Shown: positions 40,419-51,934 of the stretch, piece by piece
Layout of the letters: the number at the start of each line of letters is the position of its first letter
How positions within the stretch are numbered: the first letter of the stretch is position 1
Origin: Gonapodya sp. JEL0774
Lineage: Eukaryota
NCBI GenBank assembly: GCA_027604505.1
Contig: JADIIX010000085.1
Coordinates: 1-64,000 of the forward strand
DNA length: 64,000 nucleotides
Reading direction: 5' to 3'
The notes under the pieces: generated by a model
What the model saw: only the letters and a program-made list of their open reading frames with translations
Told to the model about the DNA's origin: nothing
Database searches by the model: none
Position numbers and translations under genes: made by a program

Positions 40419-43400
40419 ATGGACGACCTGGTCCGCGAAGCCCGCATCAACCACGATGCGCTCGCCGCCCAGTTCCACCGCTCAAACTCCCGTCGAGCCT
40501 CCACCCACGGGTTCGGCGGCAAGAAGAACCGCGCAATGGGACTCTCCGACATTCCTTACTACGTGGTCGGGCCCTTTATCCGCTTCGCCGGTGTGGACTC
40601 CCAGGAGGGCGTGTGGAGGGGCACCGCCCTGGTCCTGGTCAGAACCGCGTGGGATGGATCGCTCATACCGCCTCCGCAGGTTGTAGCATCAGGGGCAGGG
40701 GGAGGGGGAGGATCGCTCAATGACTCGGGAAGCTCCGATGGGAAGAGTTGGTTCGATCGGTTTTCGAGCAAGAGGAAGAGCGAACGGCACCAGCATCGCG
40801 ATTCGCAGGACGAGGTGGGCCACCACGTCGTGGGAGGACAGGGACACGGCACTTTGAAAATCCCGCTGGAGGCCGGTGTGGACAGCGGAGTGAGCCACTC
40901 CAAAGCGACTACGGCGAACTCGTCTGACGGTGGCACGCTTCCCAAACCTGACGGGTGGAGTATCCCCAAGCCAATCTCTGTGCCTCCACCGGATTCTGTC
41001 GCCGCTCCCGCTCATCCGACTCCTTCCAAAAGCAAACAACAAAGACTGACCGCGGGCTCGTTCAAACAATCTTACAGACCCGTCTTGATTGTTCGAGAAA
41101 CGTTGCACACGACCACCACCACCAGCGCCGACGCAACAAACCTCGTCCCTGCCAGCGTCACGAAAGATATTCCGGCCCAACTGATCGACCAAGACTATGT
41201 CAACGTCGGTGAAAAGGGAGATTCGGTCTTGGAGCCCGTTCTGCTCGAGGCCAACATGTTTGGCTTCTCCGCGTGGAGGTTTCACTTGCGCTTCACACAG
41301 GTGCGAACTGTTTTTGGTACCATTCTGTGCGCACAATTGCGCCTAAAGTGACCCCCAATTTTGCACCACACCACACCAAAAGGATCCCACGAGCACCAAG
41401 AAAATCCGCTACCGCATGGTTCTCCCCGACGCACCTTTCAAACTCCCGGCCAGCTCCATTGGCGAATCGGTGCCGGGCCCGATGCGCATGTTCACGGATC
41501 CCAGCGAAATGGAATCCACCACGCACGACTGGAAGAATTGGCACACGTTTTACGTGCCCGGGAAAGAGACCAGAGTGCGCGCGGCATTCTTCACCTGCAA
41601 CGGGTTCGCGGTGCGTTTTGGTGGTGGTTTTTGCAACGGGCGGGCGTTTTGCTCGTGCCCCAGTAGGACCGCACAATGTTCACCGAGTTTTTTCATCGAG
41701 TTGTTTTATTTATTTTTTTTTTCTGTCTGTACGTTATATTTGCTCGGTTCCAGGCCACCACCAAGCACGCAGGCGAAGGAACGGGCATCCCGACCATGTG
41801 GTCCGACGTGATCCGGGTGCACACGGCCGAACCGTTCCACTTCCTCATTGGCGGCGGCGACCAGATCTACAACGACGATATTTTTAATTTCCCCGAGCAG
41901 CCCATCAATCGGTGGATGAACATGGTGGGGAAATCCGAGAGAGAACGACACCCGTGGACTCCCGAAATGGACGAGTTCGCCAGGGGATTCTACTTTCGGA
42001 ATTATTGCAGTGGGTGGAGTGTCGGGGGGTTGTGCCGGGTGTGTGTGATACAGAAAGTGTGACGTTCTGTTCCTGCGCTACCCCCAAATAATAGTGCACT
42101 TTATGACGTCACCCTTTGAGGACGTTCTGCGCTCTATCCCACACATCTTCAACTGCGGTAAGCTCTCGGCAGGAACATGCACATATCCCACCATGCCCCT
42201 CTAAAATGACATGTTCTCCTGTGCCAAGATGACCACGACTTCTTTGACGGATTCGGTTCCTACCCGCCGTCCCTCCACGAATCCCCAGTGTTCACAGGCA
42301 TCGGTCGGGTCGCACTTCGCCACTACCTTTTGTTCCAACACCACACCACGCCCTTTCGAGCCAAAGAAGACGGCTTCTTTCCCGCCACACCGACCCCGGA
42401 CGGTGCATCCGCCACGGGGTTCAACGTGGTGCTCCGATTGAGCAGTCGAGTGGTTTTGGTGGCGGTGGACTCGAGGACCGAGAGGACCAAAGAACAGGTG
42501 TTCAAAGAGAGTACTTGGGCGTTGGTGAACCAAGCTTTGGCCAAGGAAGGACGGATCGGGATGGATCATTTGTTGTTTGGGAATCGTGAGTGTCCATCCC
42601 TTCTGGTGACATCATGAAAGTTTTTTGGCGTTTGGCATACCAGTTTGACCCGACCCAATCTTGTTCCTCTGTCTGTCCAGCTGTACCAATGATGTGAGAG
42701 ACTATCGTCGCCTGTCAAGTACTGTCATCATTCTGACCTTGGTTGCCACAGCTTCGGTGATATTGGGAGCGTAGAGGGTATCATGGAGAGGATAAGTCAA
42801 GCGTTGAATAGCAACAGCTTGCTTCACCGCATCGTTGACAAGCTGGGGCTCTGGCGCCTCGAAACACTCAAGTTCGGAGAGGTGAGTGTGTCCTCGCGAG
42901 TTCTCCTGTGCTGCTCGAGGGAACCCTGTTCATCTATTTGTTTATAGCCTCAGTTCTTGGATGACTGTGTGGTGAGTCTGATGAGCACTGGTTGAGTTGA
43001 TCGCACTTGCTAAGCTCCACCGACCGCTCTTTTTTTTTTTTCAAGGATCATTGGACTTCGCGTCTTCATATCCGAGAACGCAACACCATGCTTCGTGACC
43101 TTACTCGGTTCGCCCAACTGAATACCGCGCGTGTCACCATTCTCACTGGTGATGTGCACTGCTGCGGAGTTGGGAGACTCAGGAGCTCCGGAGTCACCAC
43201 GAGAGAGCAAGAGGCTAGTGATCCCAAAACTATTTACCAGGTGAAATGCACCCCCCTGTCGGTCGGATAATGTTGGCTCCGTTCAGTCACTTGTTCTGAC
43301 CCACGCATTCTTGTGTAGGTGATTAGTAGCGCGATTTGCAACGACCCCCCACCTTCCTTGGTGGTCCGGTGGATGTTCGAAGGGACAGATAGACCGCCGA

Positions 43401-44166
43401 AAGGTGTATTCTCTCATGAAGATGAGAATGGACGGATTGTGTTTCTACCTGGGGACGAGATTGTTGTCGGAAAAGTCACGGAAGGGCTGATTCGGATGAA
43501 AGAGGTGAGTGTGTTTTTCCAATCTGTCCAATGGATATGTTGGTTTTCTCATACGAGAGATGTGTTAGCTCCAACGAATTTGGTCCGAGGAAGTGCATGG
43601 ACTGCATAGGAGATGGGGCGCGAAGGCAGGGAGTGGCACCGGTGACAAGATCGGTTTCCGAGACAGATCTCACCTTAAACATGTCGGGAAGCAAAAGCTT
43701 TTGAGGCATCGGTAACGTTTGATTGCTGTTCCTTTCGTTGTGTCCCTGTTTTACATTGTTGCGTTCCACAGCAACTGGTGCGAAATCACTGAGCTGCCCG
43801 CCCGCACGATCCCTCAAGTCACCGCAGCCCCTACTTCGGATCCACAACCGAGCTTTGTGCCCGCAGACGAAACACCACGCCATCTTCCATCCCGCTTAGA
43901 GTTTATTTTACACTGCGAGAGGGAACGAGAGTTTAGGCGTCTGAAGAAAGGCCGACTTCCTGATATGAACGCGGATCCACAGCAGTGGGCCTTGCAAATG
44001 TCCGCACTCCAGAAAGATCGGATAGACAAGACGGGCAGTGACTACCCAGAAACGAATACATATGGGGTAAGTGGAAGGACAATGCAAGTTTATCAATGTG
44101 ACTGTTACGAGTGCTGATTGCTACATTATTGCTTCACAGCTCGTCGTCCCTGGACTTTCACCTTAG
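40419..44166 (+). CDS. Fungal PhoD-like metallophosphatase domain protein (many exons)
   Basis: FFTCNGF, IGGGDQIYND, DDHDFFDGFGSY, VDSRTERT, DDCV|DHW, VTILTGDVH and VISSAICN motifs across exons. Confidence 0.88.
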
Positions 44167-44224
44167 ATAGCCACGTAATGATCTTTTTGATTTATTGCCC
44201 GCAATGGTGTGAACGGGCGTCACG

Positions 44225-44259
44225 TATCTTTTTGGTGTCATCTATCTTTTTGGTGTCAT
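44225..44259. repeat. Two-copy 18-bp tandem repeat (tatctttttggtgtcatc) between convergent genes
   Basis: Read directly: tatctttttggtgtcatc tatctttttggtgtcat. Confidence 0.85.
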
Positions 44260-44282
44260 AACATTACTATGATTTATGTACT

Positions 44283-47200
44283 TTACACAGAAACTCCAGT
44301 GGGGAAAATCACTCCATCACCGCGAACCAACACCACCTCCATGTGGTCGTCCACTTCGTTAGCTTTTCTCGATTCTCTTTGAGCTATCACATTTGGCGGC
44401 ATCTTCGCGAGAATTAGACCTCCCGTTCGAATTTGTGCTTGCTGTGCTTGTGTTGTACCGAAAAAGATTCGCATATGTGGATGAACGTTGAAGTTCTCAC
44501 CATGAATCGTCAACAAATTCGAATTTAACATGAGCTTTTTGTACAACAGTGGGCGAGGGTAAAACGGATTGATTTGTGGAGCAGGAGGTTCTGCGTTGAT
44601 ATCTTTCTTGGGGATGTAGAAACCATAATTCAAAGAGGCTAGAAAGGCCAATGCAGAAAATTGCCACACGTTAATGCCATACCGGGCGTCCGCATGCAAA
44701 ACTCATATCAACACTGCTGAAGCTCACCGACTGACACGATACTCCATGTTCCTTCTTCTCCAACGTCCCAATACTGGTGATCACTCTTCACTCGTTTCGC
44801 TTGGACCAGCTTCACACCCTGTTCCGAGTAAGTCATGAACCATCCATCCCTGCCATCCACCTCAAATGCAATTCTGTGGAGCTCAGAAACCATCTCCAAC
44901 CCGGACCTGCTGGGTGCGGGGGGCTTGTGCACGGGTGCAAGACTTTTGCGAACATGACGAAGGCTCCGCTCATCTTTCTCTGCACTGTCCTCTCCTTCTT
45001 CGGCGTCGGAATCGCTACCCGGTGGTGCGGATGGAACACCACCTTTCGCCTGGGCTTGCGAGCTACGGTCCAACACAAAAGCTTTCCCTTCCACTATCCG
45101 AATCTTGAATCGACACGACGTGAGACGGTATTCCGCTTGGCGCAACACGACTGCGGTATTGTACTGGAGCGGTGACCGTTCCGTCTTGGGTAAAACAACA
45201 TTGTAGGAACGCATGCGGTCGTCAGCAACAACATTGTCCTTTGGCGGAGGTGGGAATTGAGGCACATGCGGAGCATTCGGGATCATCCAATCCGCAGGGA
45301 TCACAAGCCACCTATCCCAAGTTTGAGCATCTCCTTGGAAATTTTCCATGTCATCTGATCCAGTCAAGTAACGAGTATTGGAAGTCTGGGACTTTGTGCG
45401 GTTGAACAAGCACACTGCAGATCGAGGATAGACACAGTCTGCAATCGACAAAAATGTAGTCAAATGGACGATGTCCTGGTGGATACCAAGTGACACATAC
45501 TTTTAATGTCTGAGCCGGCATGCTTGGATGGTTTGGATATCTTTTATATTGTTCAGTTTCGTCAGCTCGAATTGGGAAGACAGGAATAGAGGTACTCTCA
45601 CCACACGGATCGGAGCGGAGTTTGCGATTGCTAAACTTCGACCATCGGTCGTTTTGACCTAATGCCCAATGTTCGCGAAAGCCTCAATGACATTTTCCGG
45701 GATATCAGTTGGAAATCCAGGACATGAAATCACCTTAATACGGGCGCAAATCTCTCCTATTTGCTCACTTCCAAAATGAAGGCCTTTCAGAGCACCGATG
45801 ACCTCGAAGTTCGGTTTCCCCGGAGCCTTCAGGTCTTGAATTAACCAGTCAACTCCCTGAACATTGGGGAGTGCGGGGTCATCCTTTTCTGTCTTCGCTC
45901 GTTTTGAAGCGGGCGTTTCGACTACTGCTCCTTCCGCAGAGGCGACGTGGGAGTTCAGGAGTCGTCCAGTCAAAGTCAGCTGCGGTGTTTTATCGACACT
46001 TGTGTTCCAATAAGGGCCTCCCAGGTGGATCTTCGGGGGCGGCACAAGGAATCTAGAATACGCCCTTTGTTACGGGTCGGGTGCAGTTCGGAGTCATAGG
46101 ACATATGTTCAAAACCTCTTACCTTTTCTCAGTCCCATAGCTCTTCTGTGCAACAACCGGGGTTATGACAGTAAGATAGCTCGTCGCAGCCGCATCTTCG
46201 AGATATGTTTTCACAAGATCACTGTTCCAATCATGAAAGTTACATCATGAGAAGAAGGGCCACAAAAGCACATTCGAATCATAAATCACATACCCCAAAT
46301 CACTCACATCGATTCTAGGTTGGTTAGCATCTTCCCAAGACCTCCAGTCAATACCTCCTCCCCATAGTCTGTGGACGATCCAGTCGCGCCGTCGTTGAGA
46401 GAGTCGGACGAGGGCATTGGCGCAGTGTTGAGCACAGTCCCTAGCTCTTTGGGGTTGGGAGGCGGAAGGACGATGTTGGAGGAGGTTTGGGTCGGGTTTG
46501 GCGTTTGCCGGGTGAGTTCGGGAGAGGGTTCTACAGATTTGCGCTTCTCGCCAACTTGCGGGGACTTTTCTCGATTAGCATCGAGGAATTCGGACTTCAG
46601 GTCAGGAGTTGACGGGGAGGATGATATTCCTCCGGCAATATCATGGTTTGTAGTTGAAGCCGTGGGCTTTATGGTGTGTGTCGGGGGGGAATCTCCGAAG
46701 TCTTCCTTAATCCTCTTCGCAAATTGAGTTATTTGTAGTAGTGTATCGGAGCTACTCTTCCTCTTTGCACCGACTACCTCTGTTTGCGTTTGTTGCGGTT
46801 GGAGTTGGTCGGGGAGTTGGTCGGGCTTTGCGACCGGCGCCTTGGACGAGGTCGATTTGGTGGTCTGTACTTCCCGATCCTTCTCTTTGATCTTTGAGAC
46901 TTTCCTTTGAGACATATCATCCTTCTCCTTGTCCTTTTTCCTCGTCAAATCTCTCACTGTTCCTGACCGTCGACTCCTTGGTACTGGTTCGCCATAGGTC
47001 TCATCCGAGTGCTCGGATCCGGATTCACCCGGAGATTCCTCTGCGCTCTCAGAGGAGTTGGATTGTGAGCGTGACGCTGAGGCAGAGTCGGAAGACGGGG
47101 ATCTTCGCCGGGGGGGCTCCTTCCGTCGGGCTCGAGCGCTTTGCCCGGACTCCTTGTCTTTGATTGTGGCGATTTGCTTTTTTTCGGGCTTTTGGGAGGC

Positions 47201-48857
47201 GCGTCGAGAGGACGCTGCGGACGGTGGAGCACTTCGAAGGTTTTGGAATGAAGGAATTGGTGGGGGAGGTGGTGGAGTGGGCGCGCGGGTGCCAGGACGA
47301 GATGTGACTGGCATTCCGGGGAACAGAGAGCGCAGAATAGAAAGGAATTACAAGGGACAAGGAATTGCGAGACACCACAAATGAAACGACGTGTTAAATA
47401 CCGTGTAAGAGGGTAGTCGCGTGCGACTCGCGAATGCAAATATTCATCCACGCGAGGATTCATTCCCAGTGGCAAAACGCTCCAGAAAACTTGTACTCAC
47501 CTAAATCCGCGAAAGCTTCCAGATTGTGAATGCCCTTGGCGAACACGCTGTCCATAATGCCCGTTTGATCCTGCTTACCAGCAACCACTCCCTTGCCGCT
47601 TGTTGCCAGCGTGGACGAGAGCTTACGTAGGGCAACCTCCTGTTTTGCCCTTTCGGCATGTCCCTGCCGAAGTTCCTCTTCTAGGGCAGCAACACGGTCG
47701 AGAAGGTGTGCATGCTCAAGCCTCAACGAGTTGTATTCGCGAAGATCTCCTCTAAGCACTTCGTTTTGGGCTTCAGAGTTCGCTCGCTCGTCCAAGGCGA
47801 CCGAAAGAGTTGCCTCCAGAGTCATGCAACGGTCAAGGGCGTCCGCAAGGTCGATGCGATGACGGCGGAGGTCAATCTCCAGCTGCAGCTGGCGCCCACG
47901 CTCAGATTCCCCCATAAAATCCGTATTCGTGGAAGAGGAATTTGATAATGCTGGAGTGGCGGTCCCTGACCCAGTTGCTGATGGTAAGCTTGAGACCGAC
48001 TTGGGAGAATTCCGAGGCCCCTGCTGGCTCGGTTGGCCTGCTGCGAGCTGACGTTGAGTAGCGGAAAGCAGTCGTCGGAGGCGCAGAAGTTCCGCATCCC
48101 GGGACTCCGGAGGTGGCAGATGAAGGGCCAAAGGTAGAGGAATCCGGAGGGCGTCAGGATGGAAGACTGCCGGTTGTGGAGGTCCCGCGGACCGACGAAA
48201 GACGTCAGCGATAGCAGATGAGAGGGGTGCTGCTTGAGATGTCACTAAAGGAAGAGCTAATTTCGAACTAGAGGCGTGGGACGAGTCAGGTTCTGAGGGG
48301 TTGCTGACAACACCGTTCGGATTGCCAGAATGCCCGTTTGACAGCCCAGCCATACGTGCAAATGTGCGCTCCATTGAGTCTAGGCGAGATTCGAGGGCAG
48401 TAAGCCAGGAATCTGACGGTGAAGGTGGTCGGGTGGCTGAAGACTCGTGCGAAGACGAGGTATGTCCGGCGACTGCCCAGGGAGTCCTCGGAGGGCCTGT
48501 CGTGATATTTAGCTGGTTTTCCGCATGTAATACTTCGGTGACCCCCCCGTTCGCCATTTGAAGTCCCATGTTTGGGCCTACACTGCTGGCACCGTGACCA
48601 ATCCCATCACCGTCGACGGAGATCTTTGGAGCTCCATTTTCGGATAGCAGGGTCCCATTCCCGTTTTCCTCAATTCTATTTGACATACTCTCATCTCGTT
48701 GAGGTGTTTTAACTGATTCTGTGTTCCCACTGTGGTGAGCATTTTCGATCTCTCCAACAATTTGTCCAGAACTCTCGCCAGGGGCCGCCTTCCAAGGATC
48801 CGTGCCTCCGGTATCTATATCCATCGTGGCATCGATAGCCGATTCAATGCCAACCAT
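44283..48857 (-). CDS. CSL (CBF1/RBP-J/Su(H)/LAG-1) family transcription factor with a long low-complexity/coiled-coil N-terminus
   Basis: Spliced VVAQKSYGTEKR|FLVPPP (LAG1 DNA-binding domain), ISKPSK, VCLFNRTKSQTSNTRYL (beta-trefoil), WSIVS, LTIHGENF..LVRGDGVIFPTG (IPT-like). A phase-1 intron (47310-47500) joins the 47460-49091 and 46304-47314 ORFs in frame. Confidence 0.88.
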
Positions 48858-49303
48858 ATCCGTCGGGGGTTGAGAGTGCGGTTGTGTTTGGGAGATTCGC
48901 ACGTCGGTGGGGTACCTTTTTCCACACCAGCTGAGGGCTTTCACACGAGACAAAACCCAGCTATGACAAGGGAACTCTAAGACGACTCTATTTTCAAGCC
49001 CAGTTGGAAGTTCTACAGTGAAAATGCGGATATGTTTAAGCAAGGCAAACGTCCAGTCACACAAAGCTTTTAGTCGCTTTCCATAATTCAATTTGCTCGA
49101 TTTGGCTCTGACAGCAATCTTTCAATTTCTACCTGTGGGTTTTCAGTGTCAAGCACCAACATTGAGTTCAGAAGGGGGCTTTTGTCTTTTTTTCACTCAC
49201 ACCGACAAGGGTCAGCACGATCGGGATGCACCCTGTGAACTGGGTTACAATAATCTTCAGAATTCGAGGCCTGCCTCGTAAATCAATACAAAATAATAAT
49301 GCA

Positions 49304-51241
49304 CTAGTCCTTGCCCCTCTTCATCCATCCTGGGCGCCGGCTATTCCGATTATCCAGACTTACCACAGACGATCGCTTATTCCCAACTCCGGCACGCGAC
49401 GTCGTGGTCTCTTCTCTCGGACTACCCGGGAATGACGCTTCTGACTCTGTTGCCCAAGATTTACTGTCCATTGATAAGGAAGTGGAAGGGGCCGATAAGC
49501 TAGTTGAGGGCGACAACGAAGCTGACGCAGGATCCTCTGCAAAGGGCATAGGCGGACTCAAGGGACCCCAAGTGAGCGAAGCTGTTCGGGGCTGGACGGA
49601 GCGCATTTGAGGTGTTGCGAACAATTGCACACTCCCCAGAGCAGAGCTGGGAGCGAGCAGTCCCTGTGAGTGAGTCGGCGGGTCGCGCCAGAGTGGCTCA
49701 AAACTGTTGCGGCCAGAGGTATCAGTGGGCGATGCGACAACGAAGGTAGGAATGTTCTTGTGATCTGATAGAATGCAACGTAGACAGGTGAGATGATTGA
49801 CACTCGCGGAAGTTATAGACGGAATAATGCTGCGACGTGAAGACGCAAACAAAACAGTAGCCTTGCCATTCTTTGACAACTCACCCCGAACCGCGTCATC
49901 GGCTTCCTTTAATTGTCTGCGCCGCTTTACACCTTTCACGACAAACAATCCCACGATGAGTAAAAAGGCCAGCGCTCCAGCTCCGATTCCTGCTAGTGCT
50001 GGAATTGATAACCCAAAGAGACTCGTGCCAGTCGAGGGACCTGCGGCTGCGTTCCCGGAGGGATTCTGAGAAATAACAGTGGGGTCACTTGAGGAGTCGG
50101 TGGACGACGATTGCACGGAGAATGCAGCGATCGAAGAAGCAGTGGGATTCGAAGTCGTGCGAGTTAAAGAGATGGTTGATCCACCACTGGGGCTCGAACG
50201 GGTGTTTGGTAGCGCATTTGAGGAAGGCGTGGCTGTCGTGGTGTCAAACCTTGGATCGTCTGTTGCCACCTGTTGGGGTCCTATTGAGCTCTGCGGTGGT
50301 AGTGATGTAGAAGCTGGAGGCGATGCGGGTTCAGGAGGGGATGCGGGTGGTGGAGACGTGGCGGGGGGAGGAGGGGGGGACGGGTTATTTGGCTGAGGCG
50401 GTGCAGGCGGCGGTGATACAGGAGGTGCTGGGGGTGGAGAGGGTGGGGGTGGAGAAGGTGGAGGTGCAGAGGGTGGAGGTGCAGAGGGTGGAGATGGTGG
50501 GGGTGGGGGTGGTAGGGGAGTTGAGGGCGGATTTGGTGCAAGCGTGGGCGGGGATGGGGGAATCGGTGGCGGAGGAGAGGACATAGGCGGTGGTGCAGGA
50601 GGTGGGGAAGGTGTGGAAGGAGTTTCAGGCGACGATGTTGGTGCTATTGTTGTGGTCACAGGGCCTGGTGTGGGTGATTGCGTTGGAAATACCGTGCGGA
50701 TAATAGCCTTCGTTCCAGTTGAAGTACCTGCTGTGGATGTTTCCTTCCTTGTCTGAGATCCCGATTGCATCGCTTGGCCCGCTTGTGGACAGGGGGTCAA
50801 GAAAACCTGTGCACTACCTCCAACTGGTTGCTCGCAAGCTGGAGGTACGGAACCCCCGCAGGTGTAGAGCCCAACGTTCGTGGCCCCGTTTGTAATAGCG
50901 CATGATGTGAGACTGGAGGGCAAGCGGCCATCTACATTTCCCCAGAGTGCATTCCCTTCAATGTTGAGCGTGTGGAGGGAAGTGACTTCGCTCAGGTTGG
51001 GCATCTCCCCAGACAACACTTTGTATCCAAGTCTCGCTGCAGTAATGCTTCCATTTTGGCAAGAAAATATTGAGGCATCCGAGCAGCATTGGCCCGGACT
51101 CCACGTTGGGACCAGAGCTGATTGGGCGAAGAGAGCTTCGAAGATGCTGCAACTCCCCATGACTCCCGCAACCTGGAACAGCACGATGCCGACGCAAATG
51201 GCAACGTTGCGTCTGCGGGATCTGTGATGATGTCGCATCAC
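49304..51241 (-). CDS. LRR receptor-like protein: signal, Cys cap, short LRR, extensin-like Pro-rich stalk, TM, Ser-rich cytoplasmic tail
   Basis: Single ORF: VAICVGIVLFQVAGVMG; CSIFEALFAQS..W..GQCC..C; LSGEMPNLSEVTSLHTLNIEGNALWGNVDG; SPPP runs; TM IPALAGIGAGALAFLLIVGLFVV followed by KGVKRRR. Confidence 0.8.
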   Translation of the reverse strand: MMRHHHRSRRRNVAICVGIVLFQVAGVMGSCSIFEALFAQSALVPTWSPGQCCSDASIFSCQNGSITAARLGYKVLSGEMPNLSEVTSLHTLNIEGNALWGNVDGRLPSSLTSCAITNGATNVGLYTCGGSVPPACEQPVGGSAQVFLTPCPQAGQAMQSGSQTRKETSTAGTSTGTKAIIRTVFPTQSPTPGPVTTTIAPTSSPETPSTPSPPPAPPPMSSPPPPIPPSPPTLAPNPPSTPLPPPPPPSPPSAPPPSAPPPSPPPPSPPPAPPVSPPPAPPQPNNPSPPPPPATSPPPASPPEPASPPASTSLPPQSSIGPQQVATDDPRFDTTTATPSSNALPNTRSSPSGGSTISLTRTTSNPTASSIAAFSVQSSSTDSSSDPTVISQNPSGNAAAGPSTGTSLFGLSIPALAGIGAGALAFLLIVGLFVVKGVKRRRQLKEADDAVRGELSKNGKATVLFASSRRSIIPSITSASVNHLTCLRCILSDHKNIPTFVVASPTDTSGRNSFEPLWRDPPTHSQGLLAPSSALGSVQLFATPQMRSVQPRTASLTWGPLSPPMPFAEDPASASLSPSTSLSAPSTSLSMDSKSWATESEASFPGSPREETTTSRAGVGNKRSSVVSLDNRNSRRPGWMKRGKD

Positions 51242-51934
51242 GTTCCAGTCACGACATTCGTGTTCGAGTCGCTTGGATCTGGCGCCCGCCGCACGTGAAC
51301 TCTAAACAAGGCATCCTTGGTGGGATCTGAGGGATCCCGAACGCCGAGCCTTCACCCCACAAAAAGTCAGGCACCGCAGGCATCGCTTTCTCTTGCAACA
51401 ATTGTTTAATGGGACTTGTTTTGGCTCGTCGTCATAGGTGAAACGCAGGGGTGACCAGATGGTACAATTCTATATCCGATTGAGCCAAATGACGAGCTCA
51501 AAACACAGTCTATTTAGCAGCGTTGCTCTTGTCCACATGTAATCTCTGGAAAGTTATTGGCACCAAATATTAATAGATCCACGGACATGGGTGTTTCCAA
51601 TACAATGCGCCCCCGCCCCCTTTGTTATGGGGGCGGATCGCAATAATTAGTAGTTCTCACACCAAGGGCTCACCAACTCTCCCGAATTATTCTTTTGTAT
51701 GGTACATCGAAAGCACGATCATAAGTGGCACGTAATAATGTATGCAATGATAATAAGTCCAGGTGATGCACATAAAAACCACACTTCTATGACAATCAGC
51801 CATTACTCGACTATGAAGCGATTCCTCAATAAGGCAAGAGTTTGAGGAGAATCCGTACGTACACGTACAAAGATTGTAGAGATCCGGACTTGCATGAAGT
51901 GCGTCCGAAAGAACGACATTCGGACGAGTCTCCT

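Noticed and set aside
51613..51636. 8-bp GC hairpin (ccgccccc...gggggcgg)
   Set aside because: Low-complexity short stem in a eukaryotic intergenic region; no support for a terminator or a transposon end.
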